A stretch of 64,000 bases of DNA from Piromyces finnis finn (Eukaryota > Fungi > Neocallimastigomycota): assembly GCA_002104945.1 (NCBI GenBank), contig MCFH01000003.1:496001-560000 (forward strand). The letters run 5' to 3'. This document shows, piece by piece, positions 38,230 to 51,457 of the stretch; position 1 is the stretch's first letter, and each line of letters begins with the position of its first letter. A program made the translations under genes and the position numbers. The notes under the pieces are model-generated. The model did no database searches and was not told the DNA's origin. It saw only the letters and a list, made by a program, of their open reading frames with translations.

Positions 38230-38889
38230 TAAAATGTTTTAATTAATCTACCTTCTAAGGCATCCTTTAATTTATCAGAAAATTCGTCAAATTCTAATGT
38301 TTCTAAAGCAGAAAAAATATCATTGGCAGATAAAATTTTTTTATTAGTTGATTTTGTTACGTCATTAGCAGTAGCTGTTAAATAATTAATGAAAATGGTA
38401 GCACTTTTTGTCATAACTACTTTTGCTTCTTTATTAATTAATGCATTGTCTGGAAGCTATATAGACATAAAATAGCATAATAATAAGATAATATTTTAAA
38501 AAAGAAAAATAAATTAATAAACCTTTTTTATATATAAATTTTTGCAGAAAATCTATTTATTATATGGTGAATTTTATTTAATTGAAATTTTATATAGATA
38601 TATGAACACTATCATTCGTATAATAATAACAATGATAACAATGATAACGATAAAAAGTATATCTTTATTTATTTTCTTTTTTTTTTTTTTTTTTTTTTTT
38701 CAAATTTATGATGATTGATTAATAAATTGAGCCATCATTTAAAAATGAAATTTCATTTTATTTAATATCTTTTGAATATACATATGTAATATATTTTGTT
38801 AATTATGATATATATAATATATTTACAGCTGCTTTAATAACTCTCATAACACAAGCCTTTGGCAATTCAAATTCATCGATAGATGTCAT
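37473..38889 (-). CDS. DPB4: Histone-fold protein POLE3/DPB4/CHRAC17 with an acidic/basic tail, 3 exons
   Basis: MTSIDEFELPKACVMRVIKAA|LPDNALINKEAKVVMTKSATIFINYLTATANDVTKSTNKKILSANDIFSALETLEFDEFSDKLKDALE|EYRKIQK.. matches the POLE3 pattern (LPxAVITRIIKEALPD..SKEA..A..VF..Y..S.AN). Confidence 0.88.
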
Positions 38890-39762
38890 TTTTTGAAATT
38901 TGGTATATAATTTCTTATTTAATAATTTTTTTTTATTATTAGTTTAAAAATTTTCAATACATTAACTATAAAATAAGATACAATGTAATACATTAAGAAT
39001 AATGTATGTATTGGATAAAGAATAATAAAAAATGATATTCTGATATTATTTTACACCTTTTTATATTTATCATAGAATAGAAAAAAAAAAAAAAAAGTAA
39101 TTTATAAAGAATTTCATATTAATATATATAATAAAGGTTTTTTTTATTATTTTATTTTAATTATCTTTTTTATTAAACTATGGTAGTTATTAGAAAGTAA
39201 AAATCAATAATTTTTTTTAGTTTAAATGTTATTACTTTCATTTATAAAATAATAATATTTTAAAAGTCCCTTTTCTTTACCCTACCATTTCTTAATACTA
39301 TTATTTGATAAGAATACAAAAATGTATAGTGAATATGACATACTTTTTATACTCTACATATTGTCAACTAATTTTATAATTTTATAAGTTTTTTATATAT
39401 ATAAAATAATAATAATAGTAATATAGTTTTTTAACTCTTTGTATTTATTATAAAAAAATTTTTTTTTATTAATGTAAAATGGTAAAATGAAACTCAAAAA
39501 ATATATATGTTTTTGAATAGGAAAAAAAATAAAAAAAAAATTTTTTTATTTTTATTTTTTTTTCAAGTTTTAATAATAATAACAATATTAATATATAAGA
39601 AATAATTATAATTTGATAATCTTCAATTTTATTTAAAATTTTACAGAATTAAACAAATAGAAAAAGACAGTCATCTTTTAACAACAACAATTTATAATAT
39701 AAATTACCAAAATCTTATAGACATTTCTTATATTTTTTTTAAAAAAAAAAAAAAAAAAAAAA

Positions 39763-40808
39763 ATGCAAACAATAAAAATTGTTATTATTGGTGATTCCCA
39801 AGTTGGAAAAGTAATTATTTTATTTTATTTTATTATACCAATAAAAAAATCTATTCTATTCATTATCTTTTTATAATAATAAAAATTAAAATTTTAAATT
39901 AATAATTATATATATTTAATACTAACGTTTGATGGATGCTTCATTTATTATACTTTTTTTTTTTCTCTCTAGGATTTATTAATTTTTAATTATACAACGA
40001 ATAAAGGTATAAAAGATTATAAACAAACAGTTAAGAATCAAATATTTCTCATTTATTTTTCTTTTTTTTTTTTTTTATATATATATAAAGTAATTTTCTT
40101 TTTAATAATTAACCAAATTATTTTTTTTTTTAAATGAAATTCTTTTTTTTTTTTTTTAAATAAAAATATATACTATTATATATATAATAAAATAGTCCTA
40201 TGATAATTATGAGGTTACTATAAACATTTCAAATCATCCATGTAAATTAGAGCTTACTTCCGTTTTAGGTAAATTATCATGGGAATAAAAAAAAATATAG
40301 GATAAAAAAAATAAATATCTAAAAAAAAAAAAATTATTATCAATAAACTTTTTTTAATATTAATATCTAATTATTATCATTCAATATATATTCTATACCA
40401 CCACTATCACTATTATTACTACTAACACTTAACAATAACAACAATAAAAATAACAATAAAATAATTATTTTAAATAGCCTCGGCTGAATACGAAAGATTT
40501 AGACCATTATCTTATGCAAATACTGATGTTTTCTTAATGTGTTATAATGTCAATGATGAAGAAACCATGAATAGTGTTCGAAACAAATGGTACCCGGAAA
40601 TTCATAAATTTTGTCCCGGTACTCCTTATATTTTAGTTGGTACTCAAAAAGATCGTATTAAAGATGAAAAAAAATTAGAAGAAATAGATAAAGCTGGAAA
40701 GAAACTTGCAAAGGAAATTAAAGCAGTTAATTTTATTTCATGTAGTGCTGATACTGGAGAAGGAATCAAAGATGTTTTTAATAAAGTAATGCTTAAAGAT
40801 TAAATATT

Positions 40809-40848
<40 letters not shown>

Positions 40849-40974
40849 TTTTCTTTTTTTTAGAAATTAAAAATATTAATATATAACTATCTATTAATTT
40901 TATTATAGGCTATTATCGCAGCATTAGACCCAGGAACTGATGCACCAGATAATGACAATTGTATTATTCAATAA
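39763..40974 (+). CDS. Divergent Rho-family (Cdc42/Rac-like) small GTPase, 183 aa, 5 exons (39763-39810, 39973-40029, 40196-40268, 40478-40785, 40909-40974)
   Basis: All introns are GT-AG and the reading frame is preserved. MQTIKIVIIGDSQVGK|DLLIFNYTTNK..YDNY..RFRPLSYANTDVFLMC..KWYPEIHKFCPGTPYILVGTQKD..CSA..GIKDVFNK|AIIAAL..CIIQ*. Confidence 0.9.
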
Positions 40975-41670
40975 GTACAAGATAATAAATTATCATAAGA
41001 GCGCCATACCTATTTTTATATTTTCTATTTTTCGAAAATATATATTGATTAAAAAAAAATAAAAGTTTTATTAAATAATAATAAATAATAAATAATAATA
41101 AATAATAATAATAATAATAATATCATTGATAAAGCAATTATTATTATTAGTAGTAGTATTAATTATTATTAATTATATCTAAAGTAGTTCTTTTTTTTTT
41201 TTTTTTTTTCTTATTTAACCTCCCCAATATACCAAAAAATAGTTTTATCCAAAGTATATATAATGATATAGAATATTAATAATTACATATAAAATAATCA
41301 TAATCATAATTAAAATAAATATTGTTTAAAATAAATATTATTTAAATAAAATAGGGATAAACACATTTAAAAATTTGATATAATTTTTCATATTAAAGCA
41401 TTTTCAATTCTCTTTTTTTTTTTTTTTTTTTTTTTTAAATTATAAAACTTTATATCATCATTAAAATGTACAAATAACTATCTACACCATATATATTATA
41501 TAATTATTTTAGTTATTTTTATTTATTTATTTATTATATAAAGAAGTTAGTTCTTTAAATACAATAAGGAATTAGTTATTATTTTATTTTACATATATAA
41601 AATATTATATATTATATTTATTATATTAGTTGTTGGTAATATTATATTATATAAAATGTTATTAATATAA

Positions 41671-41702
<32 letters not shown>

Positions 41703-42004
41703 CAAAAGATAAATACCTTTTATATAATTCTCTTTCTTTTCTTTTTTTGATATATTTACTAGAGAAAAATATAAAATGATATTTTCTTTGATAAAAATTA
41801 AAACTATTTTTTTTTTTTAATAATTAATAGATAATAATTCTATTTAGTTTAATTTTTAATTTCTATGATATAAATTTCTATATATATATGTGTGTATTGT
41901 ATTGGTATTTTTTTTTTTAAGTATTTCTGTATAATTTATTTTTTATATTTATATTGAAAAAAAAATAGAGGGTTATCTTTTATTTATAATTATAAATGTT
42001 TCCT

Positions 42005-43770
42005 TTATTTAACATTCATAAAGTAAATTTGATCGTATTTATAATTCTTTGGTATGTTAAATAAATCGTCTGGAATATCATCTGGATTAATGCTACAATC
42101 AGTGACTCTAAGTTGAGCCTTAACAGTAGCTAATATTGGAACAATAATCTTTAATGGGAATTTTTTGTTACTATGAATCATTTTTTGAATACATTGAATT
42201 CCGTAACGGTATTCATCTCTATCAAAATGATCTTCTTCATCTGTTTTATTAACTTGATCAAAGAACATTAAACTGACATAATCAATTAAAGGTTGGAATT
42301 GATCTAAGCATACTGGGAAAGTATGTTCTTGGGACATCCAAAGTTTAATAGCATTATTGAATGATTTTCTTTCTTCATCAATACTCATAATACGACCCAT
42401 ATGTAAAATATCAGCATTTACTTCATTAAAGTATTGTTCTTCATTAACCTTACTATTTTCCCAATCAAAATCTTTAAGTCTTGCAACTTTTTCTTCCCAT
42501 TCTTTTTCCTTTCTAGCTTTTTCAATATTGGCTGCAGTTTTAGCAGCTTTTTCATGACGTTCATAAGCCTCGTCCCAATTTAATGTATCCTCTATACCAT
42601 CAGTAACTTCATAGTTGACAGTCTTTCCATTTTTATTGACGTCGGATGATGCTTTATCTTCATCACATATATTTTTAAATTCATCAATAAATTCAATCAT
42701 TAAATATTCAATATATCCTGGATACATTTGTTTCAAGTAAAGCATATCCCTTTCTGTAATGACATTACCATCATTATCTTTACCACGAAGAATCATATCA
42801 TTAATATTTTTACTGACGTATATATCAATATCTTTATAATCAACAATACTTTCATCAAGGTATTTTTGGAAAACACTTTCTGTTACTCTTGGTTCATTGG
42901 AGAAGGATTGACGAGAACTAGAAGTTTTAGTATTGTTATCATTCATGGAAGCGATAGATTCATCATCACTATCATCATCACTATCATCGTCGTCTTCCTC
43001 CTTGGAGTATTTTCCTTTATTTTTGAAAATATTACCTTTAAAGTTTTCTTTGTGGGATGATGCTGAATCGATCATGAAGGATTTTTCAATATTCATAAGT
43101 TTATTTGAAACAAGTTCTGATTCAGTAAAAATGAGACCTCCACTATCTCTTTTCATAGTTTTATTTCTAGATTGTTCAACATTTATAATTTTTGTTCTGA
43201 TATCACTTTTACGATCACCAATGGTTGTTTCATTTGTTCTTTTACGAATAATAAGTTTAAAATCTCTTGCTTTGTATAAATCAGATTTATATGATTTACC
43301 ACCTTCCATTTGAAGGGTTTTCTTTGTCTTTTTTAAGAGACCTCCCTTTTTTTGTTTAATAATGAAATTAGAAGTATCAACAAAAACTTTATATAATGTT
43401 TTAATGTCAACATTAGACATTAAAAGATTGTTGATTAACCATTGTGGCATTTCTGGATATAATTCTTGATAGGTTTTTTTCTTGTGATCTAATACAACAA
43501 TATTACACATACCATCAATTTTAAATTTTGCAATCACTGACATATTACCTTTAATGGCTCTTGGAATACCTCTAGTATCAAATCCAGCAATAGTAGTATC
43601 AAGTCTAAAGAAATTTCCTTTTTTATAGAAATGTATGGTATCTTTTGGGCATATTTTAGAAATCATTGGTACTATTTTTTTTTATTGAAAAAATAAATAT
43701 ATAAATTAGTAATTAGTATTAGTATCAAATATTTGTATTGACATTATTCCTACTTCTACTACTACTATTT

Positions 43771-43841
<71 letters not shown>

Positions 43842-44402
43842 TATTATCTATTATCTATTATTGTTTTCATTTCAATATGATTTTTACCTTGACTTTTACA
43901 CTTGAATTTTATTTTCATGTGAACATTTGGTAATACTTCATTCCATTGTTCTAATTTACCACCACTTACAGCAAAGCCTTTAATATAATCTCTGTACTTC
44001 ATTAATATAATTTTTTCAATAATATCAATATCACCAAGCCTAATAATTTATTTAAATTTTTATATTATTTTATTAGAAAAATGAGGAAAAACAATCTATA
44101 CACTAATCTATCTTTTATCTATATTTAAACTATATTTATGTGTGTAATATATACATGAGAGCTTCATCTAACGGATTCCAGTTATATGTATTTCTAGTAA
44201 TAACGTCACATCCATTATTAAGAAGAGCTATAATACAGTCTCTACGATCTAACATAAGGGCTAAATGAATTGGTGAGTTACCATGATGGTCTTTTTCATT
44301 GATACGTTTTTTCATTTCATTATCTTTTAATAATTCCAAAAGTGCTTTTCGGTCATCACGAAAAACACAACGATGAATTGGATAGGATTCAAATATAGTC
44401 AT
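42005..44402 (-). CDS. ANKRD13-like protein (N-terminal ankyrin repeats plus GPCR-chaperone-type C-terminal domain), 3 exons
   Basis: YPIHRCVF..DHHGNSPIHLALML..NWNPLDEALM|LGD..; VPMISKICPKDT..FRLDTTIAGFD..; C-terminal FPLKIIVPILATVKA and PDDLFNIPKNY. Typical ANKRD13 motifs. Confidence 0.85.
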
Positions 44403-46884
44403 TTTTTACTTTCTTTTCTAAGACTATTTATGTATTTTAAGAGATTTTTTTTATTTCTATTTCTATTTATTATGTTATATTATCTTTATTATTATTACTT
44501 TTTAAAAATATTTTTTTTTAGTATATTTAATAAAGATATCTTATAATATTCCTTTTTACCTGCTATATTATAAGATATAGTTATAATTTTTTTTTTTAGT
44601 GTATTGAAAAAGTAGCCAAAAAAAAAAAGGTATACTTTATGAATCTTTATATAATAATTAATTTTTTTTTTTTAATTATCGTTATTTAATTTTCTGTCAT
44701 CATAAATTAAAAATTTAATCTATTTTCAATTGATATATCATTAATATTATAAAATAATATATTACATTGAATAGAATAAGGTATTTATAATATATATTTT
44801 TGATATATTATCTATTATACATTATATATTATGTATATATGGATAAGTTTTGGAGTATATAACATTTTCTAAAGACGAAAACAAAAAAACACCAATATTC
44901 TAATTTTATTTAAAACAATATATATTATATAAATAATATATTATTAAATTAAATAAAGGAACTTCTTATTTAAATGAATATATTCAAGTTCTATTTATTG
45001 TAGTTTAAAAATTGTTAACTACAATAAATAACACTGTATATAAACAATATATTATAATAAATTAATATTATAGTATTTTAAATATTTTAAAAATTTTAAT
45101 TTTTTATATTAAAAAATAAATATGATTTTAATTAAATTTAAATTAAATTTTATATTAAAAGGATTCGATAATTTATATAATACATTTTTTTAATTGGCCA
45201 AAAAATTAACACAAAAAAAATGATGCAGATGCAAAAAAATGAAGGCAAGAAAAATAAATAAACAAGACAAATAAAAAGGCACTTTTAATTTTTTTTTCTT
45301 TTAAATAATTGAGGAAGAAGGAAAAATAAAGAAAAGGAAAAGAAAGGAATCATTTTATATTTTATTATAAAAAAGAAAAATTATTTAAAGTAACTTTTTT
45401 TTTGAAATAATCATAATTTCATTATTTATAATTCTAAAAAATTTTAAATTTTTACAAGGGATAAATTAATATTTATTAGATTTCTTTAAGATAAATCATA
45501 CTGATTGTTTTTATTAGTTTTATTATTATTTTATTTAATTCTACCTTATTATTAGTACATTATATGTACTTTATTAATAACTAATAATTATTATTTCATT
45601 TATATTATTATTTTTACTACAACAATATTCTTTTCTTTTTTTCTTCTTCTATAATCAAATTATTTATAATTAATTAAAAAGTAATTAAAATTTAATCATT
45701 TTCTTTACTTATTCATTCTTATTCATTTCATCATAATGGAAAAACTTGCTTTTCTCAATATTAAAAAATTTTTCTTTTTTTTGATATTGTTTTTTTTTTT
45801 ATTTAAAAGTTCACATGGTTTTGAAAAAAAAAGAAAACATTGGTCATTCTTTTTTGTTATTCTAGATTTTCTTTTAAATTACTTTTACTTTTGCTACTTT
45901 CCTCATTCTTCATTTTGAATATATATATATATATCTTTTTATATCAATACTATCATCATCAATTTTACAGTTTATTTTTTTTTAGGCATTATTCTAGATT
46001 TTTAAATAATATTTTTTTACTTTTTTTTAGGGATGACAAAAATGGATACAAAAAATTTTATATTAAATAAAGTTTAATATCAATATTTTTTATATTAATT
46101 TTTTTTTCTTTTATCCATTTTAAGTAAATGCAAATGCATGGCTTAAAACTTTAAATTATATTAATTTTAAATTCTTTTTTTTATTATTATAGTTTTAAAC
46201 ATATTAAATCTTAAAGGAATAGACCTGATAAAAGAAAGTAGTGTTCTTGCTGGTATTATTATTATTGTTTATAGTTATTAGTATTAGTATTACTAGATGC
46301 TAAAAAAAAAAGTTATGGAAGAAGTGTCATGATGTATTCCTCCATTTAAATCATAGTTAGTGAGACTCATAAAAGTTAGAACATTCCTTTCCAAGGATAA
46401 ATAAATTAATAGTTTATTTAATATAAATAAATTTATTTTTATTTTTTATAAAACATTGACAAAAGAAAAAAAAAACATTTGTTAATAATGAAATATATAA
46501 AATATAATTAATCGTTGAGTTTTGAAAGGTAGATATGTAACATAAATAAACATTACATATAATATAGCATAATAATTTTTATATCGTTTTTTTTGTTTTT
46601 TTATAATAATAGAAGCTTAAATTTTTTTTTTTTTTTTTCAGTCTATTAAATTCATTTCATATGTTATTTTGGTTTCTAGACCTTTTTTCTTAATAAAAAT
46701 TAATATATTAGAAAAGAAGTCGGCTATGACCTACTTATATATAAAACATTTTTAATATAATAAATGTTTTATATAAAAATTTTAAAACCACCTCCTGAAG
46801 ATGTCATTCTAATAGATATATTTGTACTTTTTATTTTAAAAAGTAGTGTATTATTTTTTAATTAACTAACAAAGAAATAATAGT

Positions 46885-47040
46885 AAAATGCATCTATAAA
46901 ATATAAAATGCATCTATAATAGATAAAATACATCTATAATAGATAAAATCATCTATAAAATATAAAATGCATCTATAAAATATAAAATGCATCTATAATA
47001 GATAAAATACATCTATAATAGATAAAATGCATCTATAAAA
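46885..47040. repeat. Intergenic 20-bp minisatellite, 8 units (AAAATGCATCTATAA[A/T]A[T/G]AT)
   Basis: Units read directly at 46885, 46905, 46925, 46945, 46964, 46984, 47004 and 47024. Confidence 0.92.
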
Positions 47041-47999
47041 ATGATGTGCTTTGCACGCACCTTCCTTCATTCAATTTTGTATTTATCTTTAACCCTTAAA
47101 TCAATTTTTTGTGTAAAAAAATTTATTTGAAACTAAAAAATTAACCATTCAAATTAAATAATAAATTAAAAAAGTAATTATTCATAAAAAAATACAGAAA
47201 TGTAACTATTCAAAAAGGATAGGAATGAAAAAATTTTAAATGGCATATTTTAACCACTGACTAGAAAAAAGTAGTGGTTAATCATGGCTTATTTTTTTTA
47301 TAGTTATAATGGTTAACTTTATTTTTTTTTTAAACATAATTATATAAACTTTTTTATTATTTTAATTGTATCTATTTACATAAAGTATTTTATGTGTGTG
47401 ATAATTTATATATCTGTATTATATATATTTTATTTTTTTAGAAGGAAAAGTATTTGTTTTCTATTAAAATAGTTTTTTTTTTTTTTTATTTTTTTTAACT
47501 AGACATGATAACGAAAAGATAGTAATACTATTGAAAAAGAAAATATATAATAATTATGAAAAAGTAATAAACTCTTTTTTTTTTTTTTTCAAGAGGCTAT
47601 TTTTTAACTATATAAAAAACTTTTTTCTAATTATATAAAACTCTTTAGGAATAAAATTAGGTTGACTTTATTTATAATCATAATTAAAATTATCAACCTT
47701 TTACGAATGTGTATAATATCTATACCTTTTGTATATATATATATTAAAAAGAATAATTTATAAATAATAATTGTAAAAAAAAAAACATTGTTTTATATAT
47801 TTGAAATATATATCTATATTATTAATATTATAAGATTAATTTTGTTTGTTTTTTTGTTTGTGATTCTTTATAAAATGAATATTGCCTTATTCTTAATAAT
47901 AATGGATAATAATAACCTTTGTTATTCATTTAATATTCAACATTAATATAAATTATTCTTAATGGTATGAAAAGAACATTTTATAATTTAAGGTACGCT

Positions 48000-49220
48000 T
48001 CAAATCACACCAAATCCAAAATTGTCATCATTAGAATTGTTGATATTGATATTACTAGTAGAGCTATTAAATGTAGGTAAAAGTTCCCAATATTCTTCTT
48101 CTTGATATTCATTCTCACGTCGTTCATTATTATTAAAAATAAATAAAGCCATAATAACCGACATAAAAACAGTAAATATTGAAAATAATAGCCATATAAT
48201 ACCCCATAATTCTGGTGATAACCATTTCATTCCAGGAAGATTTGCAAATCGGGAGGCATCGGAAGATTCGATGCGACGTTTAATAAGATCTTCAATGATA
48301 TCCCATAATGAATATAAACCAGACATTATACTAGAAAATAATAATAAAAAAAAGTTTAATAATTATATAAATATTAATAATCTCTTAGGATTGTATCTCA
48401 TTAATTAATAAACAAAAAGTATAAATAATATAACTAAATAATATAGACTTTTAAATGTGATAATAATTTAATATTAAAAAAATTACCCGATAAACAAGAC
48501 AAAATATTGAATAATATTAATTTTCTTTATATATAATAACATCATCACAACGATAATGACAGCGATTGTAAAAACAAAAGTAAAGACACCAGTTGAATAA
48601 AACAAAGTACATCCCATACATAACACTATATTTCCATTGAATTATATATATATAATGTTTAATATATTATTTCTTTTTTTAAAAATATTTATCCTATTTT
48701 ATATCTTACTTATAATAAGTGAAGCAACTTTCGAAGTATTCTGATTAAATCCACAAAAAATGAGTAAACTACCAAATAAAGTACTATATCCATGAAAATT
48801 GCATATATATTGCATAATAATTTATTGATTAAATAATGATAATTATTATATTTAATAAATGATTGAAAAATCTTACATTTAAATTTTTGAAAATTTGTAA
48901 CATTCATCAATATATATATAATACTTTGAAAAAAATAATACTAACCTTCCAATGTATCCTGAAGGTATAATCAAATATGGATTTCCTCCTGCATACACTG
49001 TTTGACCACCTTGATTGGGATTAATAACAATTTTCTTTACAGATGCTTTGGTACATATAGCCATTAAAGCATGTGAGAGTTCATGTAAAGCAACTGTCAT
49101 TATCTTTAATAAGAAAAACGTTTTTATGATTTATATTTCGAATTAAATATCATGTAGTAAAAAAAAAAAAGGTATATTATTTTAATTTCTATTTTTTTTT
49201 TCTCATTTAATATATCCATT

Positions 49221-49255
<35 letters not shown>

Positions 49256-49399
49256 TTTAAAAGGCCATAATATCCAAGAGAGTGATTTTTGATTCCATAA
49301 AACACATATTAAAATGGTATATATTAAAAGTGTAATGATAATTTTAATTTGATTTCTTGAAGGTTTTAACCTTGACTTTATACTTGAAGGTATTACCAT
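48000..49399 (-). CDS. Peptidase M50B-like intramembrane metalloprotease, about 5 exons
   Basis: MVIPSSIK..LWNQKSLSWILWPFK|IMTVALHELSHALMAICT..NPNQGGQT..GGNPYLIIPSGYIG|SLVFGSLL.. then SLWDIIEDLIKRRIESSDA. HExxH lies in a hydrophobic segment, with a downstream SDA. Confidence 0.85.
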
Positions 49400-49869
49400 T
49401 TTTCTTTTTTTTACAAATATAATAAGAAACCAAAGACAATAGTATTTTTTTTTTTAAATATATAAAATAATTTTTTTTTTTTTTTACTTTTACTTATTTT
49501 ATACTTTGTTTTTATTATTTTTGTTGTTGTTATTGTTGTCTTGTAACAAAAATTGTTTTTTATTTTTAATATAATAAAAATATTAATAATAATAGAATGT
49601 TTAAAATTAATAGTAGTAAATTGGCTTATTTACAAAGATATACAATCATTAAAATGGACAATAGATATATTTTAAAGCAAAGTAATCAATTTCTATGTTT
49701 GAAAATAGTGTAATTTAGGAGATGTTTATAATATATACAAGAAGTCAAATTAATGTATGTATGAATATACAAACTTTATTTTTGAAAATGGAAATATAAT
49801 TTTCCTGTTTTATGATAAGCAATTAATAAAAATAATGAGAATGGAGATTACATTGACACTACTTGAATA

Positions 49870-49905
<36 letters not shown>

Positions 49906-51349
49906 AAGTATATTTTATTTTTAATTTATCAATACAATTTTGAAACTTTTTTTAAAGTTTTTTTTTTTTTTGAGAAATAATATTTTATATATTTTATATT
50001 TTATATATTTTTATATTATAAATTTATATTAATCTATAAAAAAATATTTCTTTTTTTATTATATGAAATTTTAAATATAAAGTTGTAAATAACCACACTT
50101 AAATATCATCTTTATATTGAAATGATATATTCTTTAAAAGAAAATAAAAAAGAATATACTATAAAATATTTATCTTATTATTAAAAGAAAAGGAAAAAAA
50201 AAAAAAGTATTACAGTAATAATAAAAACAACAATAATAATAATATAGAGTGAATGATATTAAATAAAATAATAAAATAATAATAAAAATAGTAATTAGGA
50301 TAATAATGATAATAACAAATAGTTATATGTAATATTCTTTATATATATATTTTTTTTGCCAATACAAATGATAAAAAGCAAGTAAAACAAAAGAACAATG
50401 CTAAAACCACACATACACACACAAACACAGATTTTTCTTTTAATATAATAAAATTAAAACGTGGTGCTTAAACTTTTATCAAGTAGTGTTTAAACCTTTT
50501 TTTTTTTTTTTTCCATTCCATTCTTATTTAAATATATATTAACAAAACCAATAATTGAGTAACAATTATATTGTAAAAATTTATTAACACCTTTTTTTTT
50601 TTATTTTTTTTCAACCATGGTCGACAATATTTTTATTTTTATTGTATAGAAAATAGTATGGGGGTTCCTTGAATGAATTAAGACTTGTATGGTATGGGCT
50701 AATTTTTATTTATTTATTTATTTATTATTATTAGATTAATTTATATCTTTTCCATTAATGAATAATTATCGCATTTATACTTACCTTTTTTTTCCTCTTT
50801 TTTGTTAGAGAATGTAACATTTTATAATGGCTTTTAACCATCATTCTTTTTAGGTAAAACCCTCCCAAAGTCTTTTTTTTTTATTGTAATTAAATGTAAT
50901 AAATCTTTTACATTAATTAAATTAACGTATTTAAATATTAATTAATGAATTAATTAATTAGTTAATTCTTTCTTTTTTTTCAAATGATGTAATCCTCATT
51001 CAATATTCCTTTATTTCCAAAGTTATTTTTATATAATAGGGCGATACTTTAAATATCCCCTTTTTTATTGTTATTATTGTTTACTTTCTTTTTTTTTTAA
51101 ATCATGCTAATTTATCTTTAAAAAGTTTTTTTCTCAATATTTAATATTTTTAAAATCAAGATATATTAATAAAAATTGTTATTAAATGTATGCCATGATT
51201 TATACTTTAAATGAAAGGTGTTAACTACAAATTGGTTAATCATTTTACCACTATTTTTTTTTCCTTTTTTCTATTTTTGCATGGTTTTACAATTGTTTGG
51301 ATATTCATTGAGGTTAACAATAATTAATTAATTAATTAATAAATGAATA

Positions 51350-51383
51350 AATAAATGAATAAATAAATAAATAAATAAATATA

Positions 51384-51453
<70 letters not shown>
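51350..51453. repeat. (TAAA)n microsatellite
   Basis: Read directly. Confidence 0.9.

Positions 51454-51457
<4 letters not shown>

Noticed and set aside
42357-43313. Plus-strand ORFs opposite ANKRD13-like; similarly 7472-7842, 19127-19502, 37483-37773 and 59698-60033
   Set aside because: Shadow ORFs of recognised genes.
45736-46070. Short F/L/K-rich ORFs in AT-rich intergenic DNA (also 9730-9912, 23781-23963, 33620-33808, 37235-37435, 52222-52449, 55601-55870)
   Set aside because: Composed of homopolymer-derived codons, with no domain or splice support.
46365-46400. ACATTCCTTTCCAAGGAT, loosely resembling U14 domains A/B
   Set aside because: No properly placed C and D boxes; match too short.
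50983-51030. ATGATGT box-C-like motif
   Set aside because: No CTGA box D downstream and no recognisable guide.
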